A stretch of DNA of 63,872 bases, the filler included, from Conidiobolus incongruus B7586 (Eukaryota), in assembly GCA_000697335.1 (NCBI GenBank). It is 7 parts of 7 records of this genome, joined end to end, with 100 filler letters (N's around TTAATTAATTAA, not from the genome) between each part and the next. Parts side by side here need not be neighbours in the genome. Positions count along the whole stretch, not along the records: positions 1 to 14,805 come from JNEM01006268.1; positions 14,906 to 29,951 come from JNEM01006269.1; 5 more parts are not named here. The stretch is one strand, 5' to 3'. Under the pieces are notes generated by a model. That model was not told the DNA's origin. It saw nothing but the letters and a program-made list of their open reading frames with translations, and searched no databases. How positions within the stretch are numbered: position 1 is the first letter of the stretch; the number at the start of each line of letters is the position of its first letter. Positions 11,689-25,258 of this stretch are shown here, one piece after another. The position numbers were made by a program, and so were the translations under genes.

Positions 11689-14149
11689 GCTGAATATAAG
11701 TTAATTATAAATAATTTAATATTCAATTGTGATTTATTCACATAAAACATAGTCTTTCCAAATTAAAAATAATAAACTATTCACAGTGAATATGTACCTT
11801 ATATTAAATTTCATTTACTAAATTATAACTTTCATTCGTTTATCCTAAAATTAACAATTAAATTTAAAGTATATTATTATAAAAAATGTGATTTTAAATT
11901 GTTTTTCAAATTATATTTAAAAAGTTGTTATTATTATAGTTTAATCTAAATATATAATATATTTTCTTAAAAAAAATTTGAATTTTTGAATTTTTTACAA
12001 TATTATTTTATATTTAAATTTATATTAAAATAATATTTGTACCATTTTATTATTTTATTGATAATAATTTTGTATAATTCAATTTTATCTCATCATCTTA
12101 TTTATCCATTCTATTATTTATCATCAAGAGTATATAATATGAATCCTTATGTTCAATCCTTTTAGTATATAAGATTTTGTATGAATACCAAAATATATTA
12201 GTTAAAAAGCTTGTTTATAATTTATTCTTTTCAATTAGAGTAAGTGTAGTACCGAGGAAATTTAATTGAGTAACAGTAATCTGTATGACAATGTTAATCA
12301 AGTATTCTACAAATGTAATGATTTTACTTGTTGTTATTAATAAAAATTATAATAATTTATTAGTCAATAAATCATTTTGTTGTATTATATAATATAAATC
12401 AATTATTTTTTATATTATTCTATATATTTTTATAATTTTTTATATAGATTTAAAATAGTTGTGAAAATAGTCAAAATTCACTATAGATTAAATATTCATT
12501 GTTGTTAATACATATTTTACTAATAGATCCAATTATTATGCTTCTTAATGTATATAGATTGTCAAATATCTAATTTTTTCAATATTAACTTAATAATTAT
12601 ATTATCAATCGAGTATACTTTGGGATATTATTAAAAATATGCAATTATTCAGAAATTATTTTTAATATTTATTTATAAATATATCTATTGAGATTATGGG
12701 GTATCCATACCCTTACTCAAAAGATTTTTTATTCTAACTCATTTGAATTATCAAATATGCCTCGCAAATTTTAAAGTTTCAATATTAATATATATATATA
12801 TATATATATTTTCTTCAAACAGTATTTCTTCAAATTAGTTCAATATGTAAAAAATTAAATTTAGTCAAAACATTATATAAATTTGATATTATTATTTTAC
12901 TACGGTTTGTTATAATTAATATATTAATATACAAATTATATTTTAATATTATTAAAAGTTGTTAAACATTAATATATTGAGAAAAGTATTTGTTATATAA
13001 AATATCATTTGATATATTAATTCTTTAATTCTTTATAACCATAATAAATACTTTTATAGCTAAACCTTCCCAATTAAGGTGATTCCACCTTTATAATTGA
13101 CCTAATATATTTGATATAATAAACCAAACTATTATCATCCAATTTATTTTATTACTTATATTATATCTTTTTTTGAATAATTTAATTTTTTTTATTATCA
13201 GTATTGACATATCACTTTCTATATTCGTATAAAATTAAGTATAAAATATATTTTTTTAATAATATATAAAATAACAATATATTATATTTAATTTTAGATT
13301 TTACTTTATTAATGAGATAAACTGAATTCAAATTTATCATTACAACTATATATTTTCTATAACAGAAATTATATTGATTTAATAATTATCAAGTGTTTAT
13401 AATTCTTTCAAAAGCAATAACAACTCTTACCCATAATTTTGAATTTTAAAAATAATAATAATTTATAATATATACCTAATTTAAGTATTATACAGTTTAG
13501 AAATTAATTTACTTATATGATGTTTTACAAATTAGCCCAATATTATGATTAATATATTAATAAGATTATATGATTATATTAATTAGACTCATTTCCAATT
13601 ATTTAAACTGTAAATTCCATTTTAATATGCCTCAATTAATTCTTAAATTCGGTACTTATATCTTTCGATTGAAAAGTACGTCTAATTACCTATTACATGA
13701 TACGGACCAATTGAACTTGATTAGCTTTTTTGAGAATTGGATCCTTTTTTATAGCAACACTAATGTATTATAATACATTATATTTATTTCAAGCTTTAAG
13801 TAATATAAATTCAATCCAACAAAAAATATAATTTGCAAAAGATCACTAAATGTTTGATTCTAGATTTTGTTTAGGATTATTATCAATTAGAATCTACTTG
13901 AAAAAAAATAAACTGAATTAAAATAAGATATATTAACTCAGCTGTTGACATAACTTATATTTTATCTAATATATTGATAAAAGGTTTGATAACTAAAAAA
14001 TATTGAAAAAATCACAATAAACAACTAATTCATTATAGAATATTTTTATAATATTACTTTGTATTTTAAATAATAGGAATTTTTTGTGATTAAAAATAAA
14101 TAAACATATAAATATATAATATAAATTTAATAGTTTTTTTATTATTAAT

Positions 14150-14805
14150 AATTTTTTATTATATTTTTAATAAACTTTTAATCTTTAAAAAATAATTTTA
14201 TTTATTAAAGATTAAAATTTAATGCTTCACAAATTAATTAAATTTTTGTAAAAATTTTCTTTTTTATAAGCTAGTTTTTTAATTTCTTAAATATAATTAT
14301 TTATTGTAAAAGCTTAGGTTTCTAATAATATTTGAGTAAGTTTTATTTAATAATAATTATTCTAACTTTTTTTAAGTTTTAATTTAATTATAAGATATTT
14401 ATTTAATATTTTTCTTATTAATTTGAGTTTCAACTATAATATATATAAAATACTTATAAAACTAATATTAAAATATTTAGATAATTCTTTAACTAAAATA
14501 AAAAGATATCTTTTAATATATTATTTTATTTTATTAATAATTAAAAGAATAGTAATTAAAGTTAATCTTTTAAATTTTAATAGGTTTTAGATAATTTCTT
14601 TTTTAATCTTAAAATAGTTTATCTAACAATAAATAAATAATTTAAATAATACTTTATTAATAAAAACCACTTATAGATTTTATATAATTTTAAAGGGTTT
14701 ATAGTTAAGTTTCATTAATTCTAAAATGAAAAACTTTTGATAATTATTATTTAATTTAAGTATAAATAAATTAAACAAATAATTTTAAAAAGTTAATTAT
14801 TTAAT
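14150..14805 (-). mobile_element. Mariner copy with ~400-bp internal deletion, truncated by linker
   Basis: Co-linear with 1370-1500 and 1900-2410; the segment equivalent to ~1500-1895 is missing at ~14288. Confidence 0.7.
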
Positions 14806-14905
14806 NNNNNNNNNNNNNNNNNNNNNNNNNNNNNNNNNNNNNNNNNNNNTTAATTAATTAANNNNNNNNNNNNNNNNNNNNNNNNNNNNNNNNNNNNNNN
14901 NNNNN
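14806..14905. other. Artificial assembly linker N44-TTAATTAATTAA-N44
   Basis: Six-frame stop linker; the identical 100-nt structure occurs six times. Confidence 0.97.
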
Positions 14906-17560
14906 ATATATTTTCAGATATATTTTTAAATATAAACTAATTGATTATTCAATAATATTGAGATAAATTAATTAAAAAATTAATTAAAAAAACAAAGTCC
15001 AAAAGCAATTTGGATAATATTTATGATGAAATAAATATCATATTAAAATATCATATCATAAAATATTTTAATATATGAAAAGTAATATAGATATTTTTAA
15101 ATTTTTCTAAGTTAAAAATTAAAAAACTTTCAATAAATAAAATTAATATTAATTATCAAGGAATAGCTTGAATAATTTATGTATCATTAAATTTAAATAA
15201 TTAATTAATATTTAACAAGTTAATTCATTAATAATTAATAGTTTTATCTATTATAATATTATTTTCAATTAATATGGAATAGATTGAATATTCAAAAATA
15301 ACTAAATATAGTTATATTTCTATTTAATTTATAATATGAAAAAAATTAAGAATATAATCTATTAATTTAATCATTATAAGATATCTTTATAAATTATTGT
15401 ATTATTAAATTGGAGATTAACTAATGAATATTGGAACCAGAGTATTAGTGATACAAATTACAACTAGATAGAAGAAATCATAATGTGAACAAATATACTT
15501 GTTATTAAAAATAACTATTATTAAAATTTTAAATCGAGAATAGGATCAAAACTAAAAATAATATAATAATTTATTTTTATTTGAAATAATTAAGAATCAA
15601 TCTCACAAATTAATTAATATCTCTATAACTCCAATAATAAACAATATGAGTGGAATAAAATGAATTAATTTATTATAAAATAAAATAGTTGAGTATACTT
15701 AAATATCTGAAAATCATCATGATAAGTTTCAGGTTAAAAAATCTTCTATATTTGTTATAATATTTGGATATGTAATTATTAATTAGATAAAATTGATAGT
15801 TCTGCAATAGTTTTTAATATAATAGTTTATAATATTAAATCTTCAAATCAAACAAAATACAAAAACTATATAATATAAACATATTTTCAAAACAATATTT
15901 AATTAAATTTCACATCATATTCTAAATTCCAAAACTATGTCCAATTTCAACAAATTTAAATTTTTTACTCTTAAAAATATCTGATAATATATTTTTAAAA
16001 GAATCTTAACAATTTTCCAAATAGCTATAAATATAATAATAATAATATTAATAATAAATTTGGAATTTTAATTAAAGTTAAAATTGAGACATCAATATAT
16101 AAAACACGTGAACAGATTATTTTGAATTTAAGATAAATGTTGATAAAACTGAATTGTATTGGATGTAGGGGATGATAGCTTTGAAAAAGTGTTTAATAAA
16201 TTAATTTCAAACTTTTCAGATTTTAGGCCGTCAAATATCAAACTAATAATTTTGACCAATTAATCAATTTGTCTAGTCATTTGTTTCAATGATATCACTT
16301 AATGATCCACTGTGAAAATTTTGATAATTACAGTCAATAACAATCCATGCAAAAATAGAACTGAAACTCACAAGCACTGATGTGTACCACATAACAATTT
16401 AGGGGAACTTTCTAATAAATGAACTTTACAAAAGAATTACCAAACTTTGAAATATACATTTTTATCCAATATTCTTCCAATATTGGTCCTAGCTAAAATA
16501 TATAATATTATTATAATATCAGTCAAAACAATTTTTCACCATGATATTTTTCAAGATTGACGGACGATAAAAAACATTAATTTTCCAAACTTAAGGATTT
16601 TATCTACTGTTACACGAAGGTTTGGTTTAATTGCATAAGTTGTTAATCAAATTGATTGTATGTCCAAGTTTTTGAGGAATTTTATAGTTAAAGGTATCAG
16701 TAATCTGATTAACAAGGATTAAAACAATTAATGTAATATTTCAAAAGCTATCAGTTTTAATCTCTCAATATTTCAAACTATGTAATTTTATAATTTTACT
16801 GGGTTTCAATACATTTTAATTCTTTATAAAATTCACAACCTATAAATTTTCAACATTCTTGGACAAATGGTGAAAAATTGTTCAAAAGGTTAAAAAACAG
16901 TAACCTAGAAAGATTTGATAATTCTTGGGCTTTAAATCATTTCACGTAATTTATTTGAGTTATAATTAAATCACTGTAGGTTGGCTGATGAACTAAGAAG
17001 AATTTTGAAATGTTTATACTTTGGTGTTAATAATCAATTACTTGAGATTTTTTTAACTTTGAAAAGATAATTTAAGATTAAAAATGATAAAAAAGAGAAA
17101 AATCAATAATTAGATCATGAAAATAATCTGGATCAAAATATATTAGATGAACCATAAAATTAATAAATATTATGAATAAGAATACTATTTTGTACTTCGC
17201 ATAAGCGGAATTTTTAATATATAAATAAGCAAATTATTATCAAATTTTAGCCATTTTAATCTCTAATACTCTATCACAAGTATTTAAATTCTATTTAGAA
17301 TTCTCGAATAAAGTTGTTACTTTTCGTTGACAATATTATAAATAGAGTATTCCAATTCAATTTCAATAAGAAATTAAAGTGAGGAGTTGATTTTAATCGA
17401 ATCACTTTAAATAATTAAACCAGTTCGTTTCCATACTTGAACCTTTATATATATAAACCAGGATTGAGGTTAATTCTTTCAAGTTTTTTCTCGTGTGTTA
17501 TTTATTTTCAATGGTCTGTGATATTCTGTCGAATTTTATGGACTTTGTAATTTTTGAATA

Positions 17561-18889
17561 ATGGATTTCGATAAGACGCTTACTACGAATCAGCTCAACA
17601 GCAGTCTCGATAATAGAGAAAATATGTTGGTGAATGGTGAACCTATCGAAACCGTCAACTTCTACCGTGACGATATCAATACCGAGAACGAGACCAAAGA
17701 GCCCAACTTTAATCTCGGGTTACTCAAAAGCCTCTTGGACAACGAACTCAACCACTCTCCATTCGTTCAACCATCACCAGCGGGTGCCGAACTATATTAC
17801 AATGCATCCACTATTGATTTCGGATCCGAGCAGAAGCAATCTCGATTCTTATTCTATTCACCGGTGACAGGGGGTGTAAAAGCATCCAACTTCCAGGAGT
17901 TCCACGCCAAAGGGGTCGATATAGTAGGAGGGTTAGGTAGTGAATGTTTTTGGTTAGATGTAGTTGCCCCTACCGCTAAGGAGATGGCTGCATTCGCCAA
18001 AATTTTTAAAATTCATCCGCTTACTGTTGAAGATATTATGACAGAGGAAGTACGTGAAAAATGTGAGCTATTCAAGCATTACTACTTCGTTGCTTTTAGA
18101 TCTTTCAAGGAATCCAGCGATGTTTATGGCGATCATGCACTTTTTCAACCTTTGAATATTTACAGTATCGTTTATAAGACGGGAATTGTTACCTTTCATT
18201 CTGATTTTCACAGTTTGGCTATGAATACTCTGCGAAAGATTGATCAGCTCAAATCCAATATGAAATTGACCCCCGATTGGATCAATTACTCAATTTTGGA
18301 TGAAGTTACCGATAATTTTGGTCCTTTATTGCGTCAGATAGAACTCGAAGTGGACTGTGTCGACGAACTTGTCCTAATCCTTAAAGGGAACGATCAGGCC
18401 GATATGCTTCGAAGAATTGGGTATGCCCGCAAGCGCGTCACGGCGATTTTGCGACTTCTTACAAGTAAACCAGATGTCATCAAAGCATTAACTTTGCGCT
18501 ACGAAGATCGCATCATTAAGAGTGCCACTCGGGAGGGCACTGCCGACATCAAATTGTATCTTTCGGACATTCAAGATCATTTAGTTACAATGGTACAAAA
18601 TCTTCTTCATTACGAAAAAGTACTATCCAGAGCTCATTCCAACTACTTGGCACAAATCAGTATCGAAATGACACAAGTGAGTAACAAAATCAACGATGTC
18701 GTCGCGAAATTGACAGCTATTGCCTCAGTATTGCTTCCCATGAACGTGATTAGTGGTATGTGGGGTATGAACGTGCAAGTGCCCGGCCAGGATGTCGATA
18801 ATTTGAACTGGTTCTTCAGCATTACCGCTTGTATGGTCGCCATCGCTTTCCTCGTATTCTGTTTTGTCAAGCGCTATTATATCACTTAA
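17561..18889 (+). CDS. CorA-family Mg2+ transporter (fungal Alr1/Mnr2-like), paralog A, intronless, 442 aa
   Basis: FWLDV..PT..EM...KIFKIHPLTVEDI...EVREKCELF..YYFV; MLRRIG.ARK; LYLSDIQDH; LPMNVISGMWGMNVQVPGQ plus second TM helix. Confidence 0.96.
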   Translation: MDFDKTLTTNQLNSSLDNRENMLVNGEPIETVNFYRDDINTENETKEPNFNLGLLKSLLDNELNHSPFVQPSPAGAELYYNASTIDFGSEQKQSRFLFYSPVTGGVKASNFQEFHAKGVDIVGGLGSECFWLDVVAPTAKEMAAFAKIFKIHPLTVEDIMTEEVREKCELFKHYYFVAFRSFKESSDVYGDHALFQPLNIYSIVYKTGIVTFHSDFHSLAMNTLRKIDQLKSNMKLTPDWINYSILDEVTDNFGPLLRQIELEVDCVDELVLILKGNDQADMLRRIGYARKRVTAILRLLTSKPDVIKALTLRYEDRIIKSATREGTADIKLYLSDIQDHLVTMVQNLLHYEKVLSRAHSNYLAQISIEMTQVSNKINDVVAKLTAIASVLLPMNVISGMWGMNVQVPGQDVDNLNWFFSITACMVAIAFLVFCFVKRYYIT

Positions 18890-19600
18890 AGTTTCATTCT
18901 AATTTATTCTTTTCTGTTATTTATCTTTTAAATAATATTTTTTTGGTTTAACGCTCTTTCCTTAAAAATTATTTCTTTAACAATATATAAAAAAGTTTAG
19001 AAATTAATAACTATTTGATATATGCTACCTATAATTAATAATGACTAATATTTATACTTTTTTATATTCAATAAATGAAAATTCTTAATTGATTTCCACT
19101 CAACATCACTCCTTCAAATTCGAAATTATTTTTTTTTGAATCATTTGAAATTTAAGTTTACAATTATAAAAATTTATTAAGGAAAATTAATTGAGCTAAA
19201 GATTCATTAAGGTCAAAAGTATTAAAGGAGGTCAGGTCCATGAATTTAGTATATATTAAGGGTGATAAATGAATTAAATATTTTCGAATAATGAACAAAA
19301 AATTACCCAAATTATTATTACAAAATTTTTTTAGTTTGAAAATTAAAACTCATTAATAGCAATAATAATTTGACTAATTTTGGATATTCCCACCATAAAC
19401 TACTTAATTAGAAATGAGTTATTCCAATTTATTCTCAATGTCAATATAGTAATTAATTGAGAATTGAAAAAAAATAAAGAAACCAAGGAAAAGTAAAAAT
19501 TAACAATATTTATTATCTCTATGGATGTGATGATTAAAAATAAATTAATTATTATAAAACTTAACAATTGTTAGTAGATATGTTGAAAGATAATGGTAAG

Positions 19601-20944
19601 TTATTTGAGCATGTATCGCTTGACATAGAGGAAAAAGAGAGAAGCAATAAGGACCATGGATGCCGTAATACCAAAAAACCATGCGAGACTGGGTTCATCG
19701 CCATCCGCGGGCTGGCCGGGCACTTGTACATTCATTCCCCACATACCTGTGATGACATTCATAGGTAGGAGGACTGATGCAATAATGGTTAATTTGGCCA
19801 CAGCATCATTCGTTTTGTTACTCACTTGCGTCAATTCGATACTGATTTGTGCCAAGTAGTTGGAATGAGCTCTCGCTAAGACTTTTTCGTAGTGGAGCAA
19901 ATTCTGCACCATGGTAATTAAATGATCTTGAATATCGCCCAAATACAATTTGATGTCAGTGCCGCCACTTCGTGACCGACCAATACGTTCCTCGGTGCGG
20001 GAGCTCAAAGCTTTGATGACGTCGGGCTTGCTGGTGAGAAGTCTGAGAAGAGTGGTGACTTTCTTTCTTGCATATCCAATTCTGCGGAGCATATCACTCT
20101 GCTCATTAGCTTTGAGAATTAGTACGAGATCATCCACCGTGTCGACTTCAAGTTCGATTTGACGTAAAAGCGGAGCAAAATTATCGGTTATTTCATCTAA
20201 AATACTGTAGTTAATCCAATCTGGGCTGAGGGTGACAATAGACTTCAACTGATCAATCTTTCTTAGAGTGGACTTGGTCAAACTATGATAATTGGAGTGA
20301 AAAGTAACTATTCCTGTTTTAAAAACCAAACTGTAAACGTTGAGAGGCTGAATTAAATTGCCAGTCAATTGAAATTCGCTTGAATTCTCTTGGAAGGTTC
20401 GGAAAGTGACAAAGTAATAGTGCTTGAATAATTCACACTTCTCGCGAACGTCCTCTGTCATAATATCTTCAACAGTAAGTGGATGAATCTTGAAAATTTT
20501 GCTTAGTGCTACCATCTCCTGCGCCGTGGGTGCCACTACATCCAGCCAGAAGAGCTCTCCATTAATTGCCCCGACTACATCAACGCCACGGTCATGGAAC
20601 TCAGAAAACTTATTCACGGCGACGGAACCAGTGAGGGGAGAGTAGAGGAGAAAGCGGTGTTCCTTACTATTCACATCGCTCATCGCGCCATAATCGAATT
20701 GCGATTCAAAAGCTGGTGAGTCCTTCAAGGGGGATTGACCATCCTGGTTATTTAAAATTGCCTTCAAGTACTCGACATTAAAGTTTTGGGGAGGCAGTTG
20801 CTGGGGCTGACTAGTAGGTGTACTCATCCCACTCGCACTAAACTCGCCGTTAAAGCCATCGAAAAGGATGGATGGGATCGTCTCCGAGCTCCTTTGATCT
20901 TTAATAGTTTCATTATTATTATTCTGATTATTGGATTGACTCAT
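19601..20944 (-). CDS. CorA-family Mg2+ transporter (Alr1/Mnr2-like), paralog B, intronless, 447 aa
   Basis: Same motifs as paralog A, including GMWGMNVQVPGQ; convergent with A. Confidence 0.96.
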   Translation of the reverse strand: MSQSNNQNNNNETIKDQRSSETIPSILFDGFNGEFSASGMSTPTSQPQQLPPQNFNVEYLKAILNNQDGQSPLKDSPAFESQFDYGAMSDVNSKEHRFLLYSPLTGSVAVNKFSEFHDRGVDVVGAINGELFWLDVVAPTAQEMVALSKIFKIHPLTVEDIMTEDVREKCELFKHYYFVTFRTFQENSSEFQLTGNLIQPLNVYSLVFKTGIVTFHSNYHSLTKSTLRKIDQLKSIVTLSPDWINYSILDEITDNFAPLLRQIELEVDTVDDLVLILKANEQSDMLRRIGYARKKVTTLLRLLTSKPDVIKALSSRTEERIGRSRSGGTDIKLYLGDIQDHLITMVQNLLHYEKVLARAHSNYLAQISIELTQVSNKTNDAVAKLTIIASVLLPMNVITGMWGMNVQVPGQPADGDEPSLAWFFGITASMVLIASLFFLYVKRYMLK

Positions 20945-21904
20945 TTTTAACTACTATTAATAACTATAATTATTTTTTTAATACAAAAATAAATTAAGGA
21001 GAGAGATACCAAAATTGAGGAGATACCAAATCCCTAATATTTATAACATTGAATCAAAAGGATTGGGTATGAGTGTGGAATTTATCAACTAGTTGATTGG
21101 TATCTCAAACCTTAAATCCAAAGGTTAAATTATTCATCCCACCTTTTCATTATGGGATTCCCAAATTAAAGCCATTGTTTGCTACGAGTACCAATTAAGA
21201 ATTTAATAATATCAATAATTTGCATTAATTTTTAAAATCTCTCTCTCAATTTAGCTATCAGATTAAGCAGTTTTAATTAAATTTTAATATTCTCATAATT
21301 TGGTTATATTTTACACAAATACTGATTTCGTGTAAAGTTCTAGAGTTGATATTGCCATCCAAATATAACTTACCAAATTCTCATTAGAGCTTCAGACAAA
21401 AATAACAATAGATCACAGTGATTCATTTCGAATTCTACTTTAGCCAATTAATTGGATGATAAATTCCATATTAAGAGTAACTAATGCGACACTCCCTACA
21501 CATAACTAACATACAGCAATCAGACATAAATTTGGAAAGTTGTAAAAATCCGTTGGGATTGCAAATTATTGACAAGGATCTGTACTACGCAATGTGCTAG
21601 TCATTATTCGTTCATAACTGGTTGAAATATGTAATTATTTTGAAACATTAATTTGTATTGGAAGTTGGGATTGCGTGTTTTAATGGTTTGAATTCGTGTT
21701 GTTAAGCTTGGATTGTTGGAAAAATTTTGAAATTGTGGTAAAATCATGTTTGATTCAACATAATGAATCTGTTCTAATTTTTTTTCCAAATAATCAATAT
21801 AAAAGGTTGAATTCAAATTGCTAAAAAGATATCGTAAGTAATATAAAATTTGAAAATTAGTAAAATAAAAGAAATTCATTGATTAAATGTAAAAAAAGAA
21901 AAAA

Positions 21905-21976
21905 TGCGCCAGCTGGGAATCGAACCCAGACCACTTGCTTGGAAGGCGAGTATTCTAACCATTATACTACTGGCGC
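21905..21976 (-). tRNA. tRNA-Gly(TCC)
   Basis: GCGCCAG acceptor stem, CT-TCC-AA loop, CTGGG-TTCGATT-CCCAG T arm, followed by an oligo-T Pol III terminator; one C.A mismatch in the anticodon stem. Confidence 0.93.
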
Positions 21977-22200
21977 TTAAAAAATAACATCATTTAATTT
22001 ATATAACCCTTATTTCTAAAGATTTTAATTTGATATGAAGAAATTTATGTATATTATAACGTTTTCATCTTTTTATTATAATAGTATTAACTAAATTTAT
22101 TAAAAGGTTTCAATAATTAAATTAAATAATAGAATTATTTATACCTATTAGTATTACGCCAATCAATCTTTTTATGACTGAATAGATATTTAGGTAAATA

Positions 22201-23820
22201 TTATTTAGCTTTTCTAAATTTGAAAGGGAGCCAATCGGAAAGAGCTGTACCGACCTTATGGAACTCTTCCAATCCTACAGTCTTGTGATATTTGGATTTG
22301 GGCTTGGAGTCTACGAGAGTGGAATGGTCTTCGGATGCGAGAGCGTTGGTAGCGAAGCGATTGGCGAGGTAAGCGAGAATGAGTGAAAGTGATATGGTGA
22401 CGCCAACAATGCCGAAGAACCAGTCTAGCGGCCATGCCACATTTTCGGGAGGTTGTCCAGGTACGAGCATTCGCATACCCCATGTACCGGAGACTGTAAG
22501 ACCGATAGAGACGACTGCACCAAAGTAAGTCAATCGGAGGGAGCCTGTCAAGGATCTTTGATCCTGCTGGATAACCTTCAAACTCATATGGGTAGTATAA
22601 CATGCGTGAAGGTTTCTCATTATAGTTTCCATATGAGAAATTCCTTGATTGAGAGAAATTGCATGATCTTCAACATCTCCCAAGTATAGTTGGATACCCT
22701 CCCATGGTAATTTCTGACTTGTGACTTTCTTAATGAGCCCCCGGCAGATTTCAGCTTTGGCATGAGTAAGTTTGCTGAGACCGAACACTTGATATTTTAC
22801 AACGCCAAGTACTTTAAGCTGAGCCTGGTAGTCAACAGTCAGATCATTTTTCTTATCAACAGGTTCATCTTTGGAATCAAACATTCCATCTTCGATTCCT
22901 TGGACTTTTTCTTCCAAATATTTGAGGATATCTGTAAGTTCGTCAACTACTTCATCCAGAATCGCATATGCAATCCATCCAGAATGAATTTTCAAATGTG
23001 ATTTGATCAGGTTTACCCTTTTAATTACCTTATCTTGGTATCTGACAGAATCCAACTGGATAGATATAATCCCTCTTGGAAAGACAATCAAGTGAACAGG
23101 TGTGCCAATTACTCTCACATCTCGCATCAAGCTTCCAACAGTAAGCTCATCAGACAATGCAAGAAGTGAAACGTAGAGATAGTTATCATAGTGTTCCCAT
23201 CTTTCAATACCACTGGAAGACTGAATATTCTCAAGAGTGATGGGATGAAGTTTGAATCGAATGGAAAGTTCTTCGAGCTCCGTGCTCGTAGGATTAGTAA
23301 TATCCAGCCAAAAAGTACCATCATTCCCTCTACTGTCATCGTCAAAACGCTCCAAAGATATTTCACTTAGGAAGTTGAAGGTGGTAGCTCCTTCCTCTGA
23401 ATCATAATAATTAATCCTTGGAAGTTTTAAGGTCTAAAAATAATTACAAAATTAATAATACTGAACAAAATATTGATTGAATAATGTTACCTGAGTTATT
23501 TTGTTAGATTTTTCATTGGTAAAAAGACTAGCGTTACTACCCCTACTGATAAATCGACTTAGAGCAGAGTGGTCGATCCAACTACTCGCACGACTTCCTC
23601 GACGCTGGCTCAGTCTCGAGACGCTGGGAGCGGCTCTCGGCGAGTGCGGGGGAGCTAATGTATTTTGGGTCCCCATTGTAGTGGTTCTCGGTAAATGACC
23701 AGCAAATGTAGGTAATTGAACTATAGAATCTTCCAACTCCAAAGGATTTAAATCGTCGTCCCTAGTAGCTTGTGGTAAAATTAAGGGGGAAATGCCCGGT
23801 TTTTCGACTCTATGAGACAT
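22201..23820 (-). CDS. Divergent CorA-family transporter, paralog C; 2 exons (23820-23491, 23433-22201), ~520 aa
   Basis: ATG 23820 (MSHRVEK); 57-nt GTAAC...TTTAG intron 23490-23434 joins in frame; FWLDITNPT..EL....FKLHPITLENI, YAILDEVVD, LYLGDVEDH, GTWGMRMLVPGQ. Confidence 0.9.
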
Positions 23821-25186
23821 TGTAGTATACAATTTTCAAGTATATACGATTAATTATATAAGATAAGCAATCTCGAATAATATTAAAGATTAAAATTGCT
23901 GCATTAATGATGGTTGTAAACAATTAAAGAGTGGAAAATGGAATTTTTGACACGATTCAAGTTTTCAACTAAATTGTGAAACTGAATTTAAATTGGGATT
24001 CAATTTCAAAGGTAAATTAAATTTTTCCCAGTTTCAACTGTATTCAATTATAAAGAACAGGAGGTTCAATATGATAATTTTAATAATAAATTACTGTTAT
24101 AAGTACACAAGTGAAAAAAAGTCTTACTTTAAAATTAATTATCAATAACCCCATTATCGTCTTGAGATTCAATACAACAGAAAAAAGCCATATTTGGCAC
24201 CCCATTAACCTTTAATTCTGTTTATCTAATTTCCCTGTTAAGGTTTGTGAAATAGAAGCTTCATCCCCAGCATCATAAAACACTAGCCGAATCTGATCAC
24301 AAATAATCTTACTGTGATCTATCTATAGAATGATCTGAATACATAAACAATTAGGGAGTTTTCTTGATTTGCTATTATTGTTGGGATTTGAGTGTTACCT
24401 CAATGATGTAAATTTTTCAATTTTCGCAAGGTTATTAGAGCTTATATTGATTATTGTAGCTTTATTATTGATAAAAGATTTTTTTGGTGAATTTATTGTT
24501 GTCACAAATGATTCTAATGTTTTATAGTATAGTTGAATATCAAAGAATATTTGCTATAATGAAATTATAAAGCATAGTTGATAGATAAATTTATTCAATA
24601 TAATCCAATATTTTCAAATTCATAAAATTCAAATTGGTTCGTTGCTACCTTCATAATAATTCTTCATTTTATTTTAACTTTTAATCAAAACTATTGTACT
24701 CACAATATTAGATAATAAAGTTTGAACAACCAAATATATTTTTAGGAAAATCAAAATACCCACTCTCATGAATATAACAAAACCGTTCTGTTTAGAGCTT
24801 TGACTATACTTAGTTACTGATAAAAAAATTTTCTAAGCAATTTCGAAGCTTCTCAAAGTATTTATAACAATATTATTCAGAATAAAAATAAAGATGCAAT
24901 ATTAATTGGAGATTGGGAAAAAGATTCAAATTTGGTTTAATTAATATATCGTTGGAAAGGCTGTTGATCTGTGGAATAGCCTAGAGTATGATTTGAATAA
25001 ATATAATAATAATGAAAATATAGAAGCATATGAAATGGGAATAAGGAATATTTAAAAAAAAATAAGTATAATAAGATATTAAAGAAAAAAAAATATTTGA
25101 AATAGTGTAGTAAGATAGCAATGATAAATAAAAAAAATCGTGCATTGAAATAATAACTATTAAGCTATAATCTAAAAAAGTACTAA

Positions 25187-25258
25187 TCTTCGATAGTATA
25201 GTGGTGAGTATACCCGCCTGTCACGCGGGTGACCTGGGTTCAATTCCCAGTCGGAGAG
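25187..25258 (+). tRNA. tRNA-Asp(GTC)
   Basis: TCTTCGA/TCGGAGA acceptor stem, CCCGC-CTGTCAC-GCGGG anticodon arm, CTGGG-TTCAATT-CCCAG T arm. Confidence 0.95.

Noticed and set aside
14806..14905. Recurrent palindromic TTAATTAATTAA flanked by Ns (six copies)
   Set aside because: Artificial six-frame-stop contig linker of fixed 100-nt length, not biological.
17634..23698. Multiple short overlapping or antisense ORFs within the CorA genes, including two similar to each other (18643 and 19656)
   Set aside because: Shadow frames; their similarity simply mirrors the paralogy of the sense genes.
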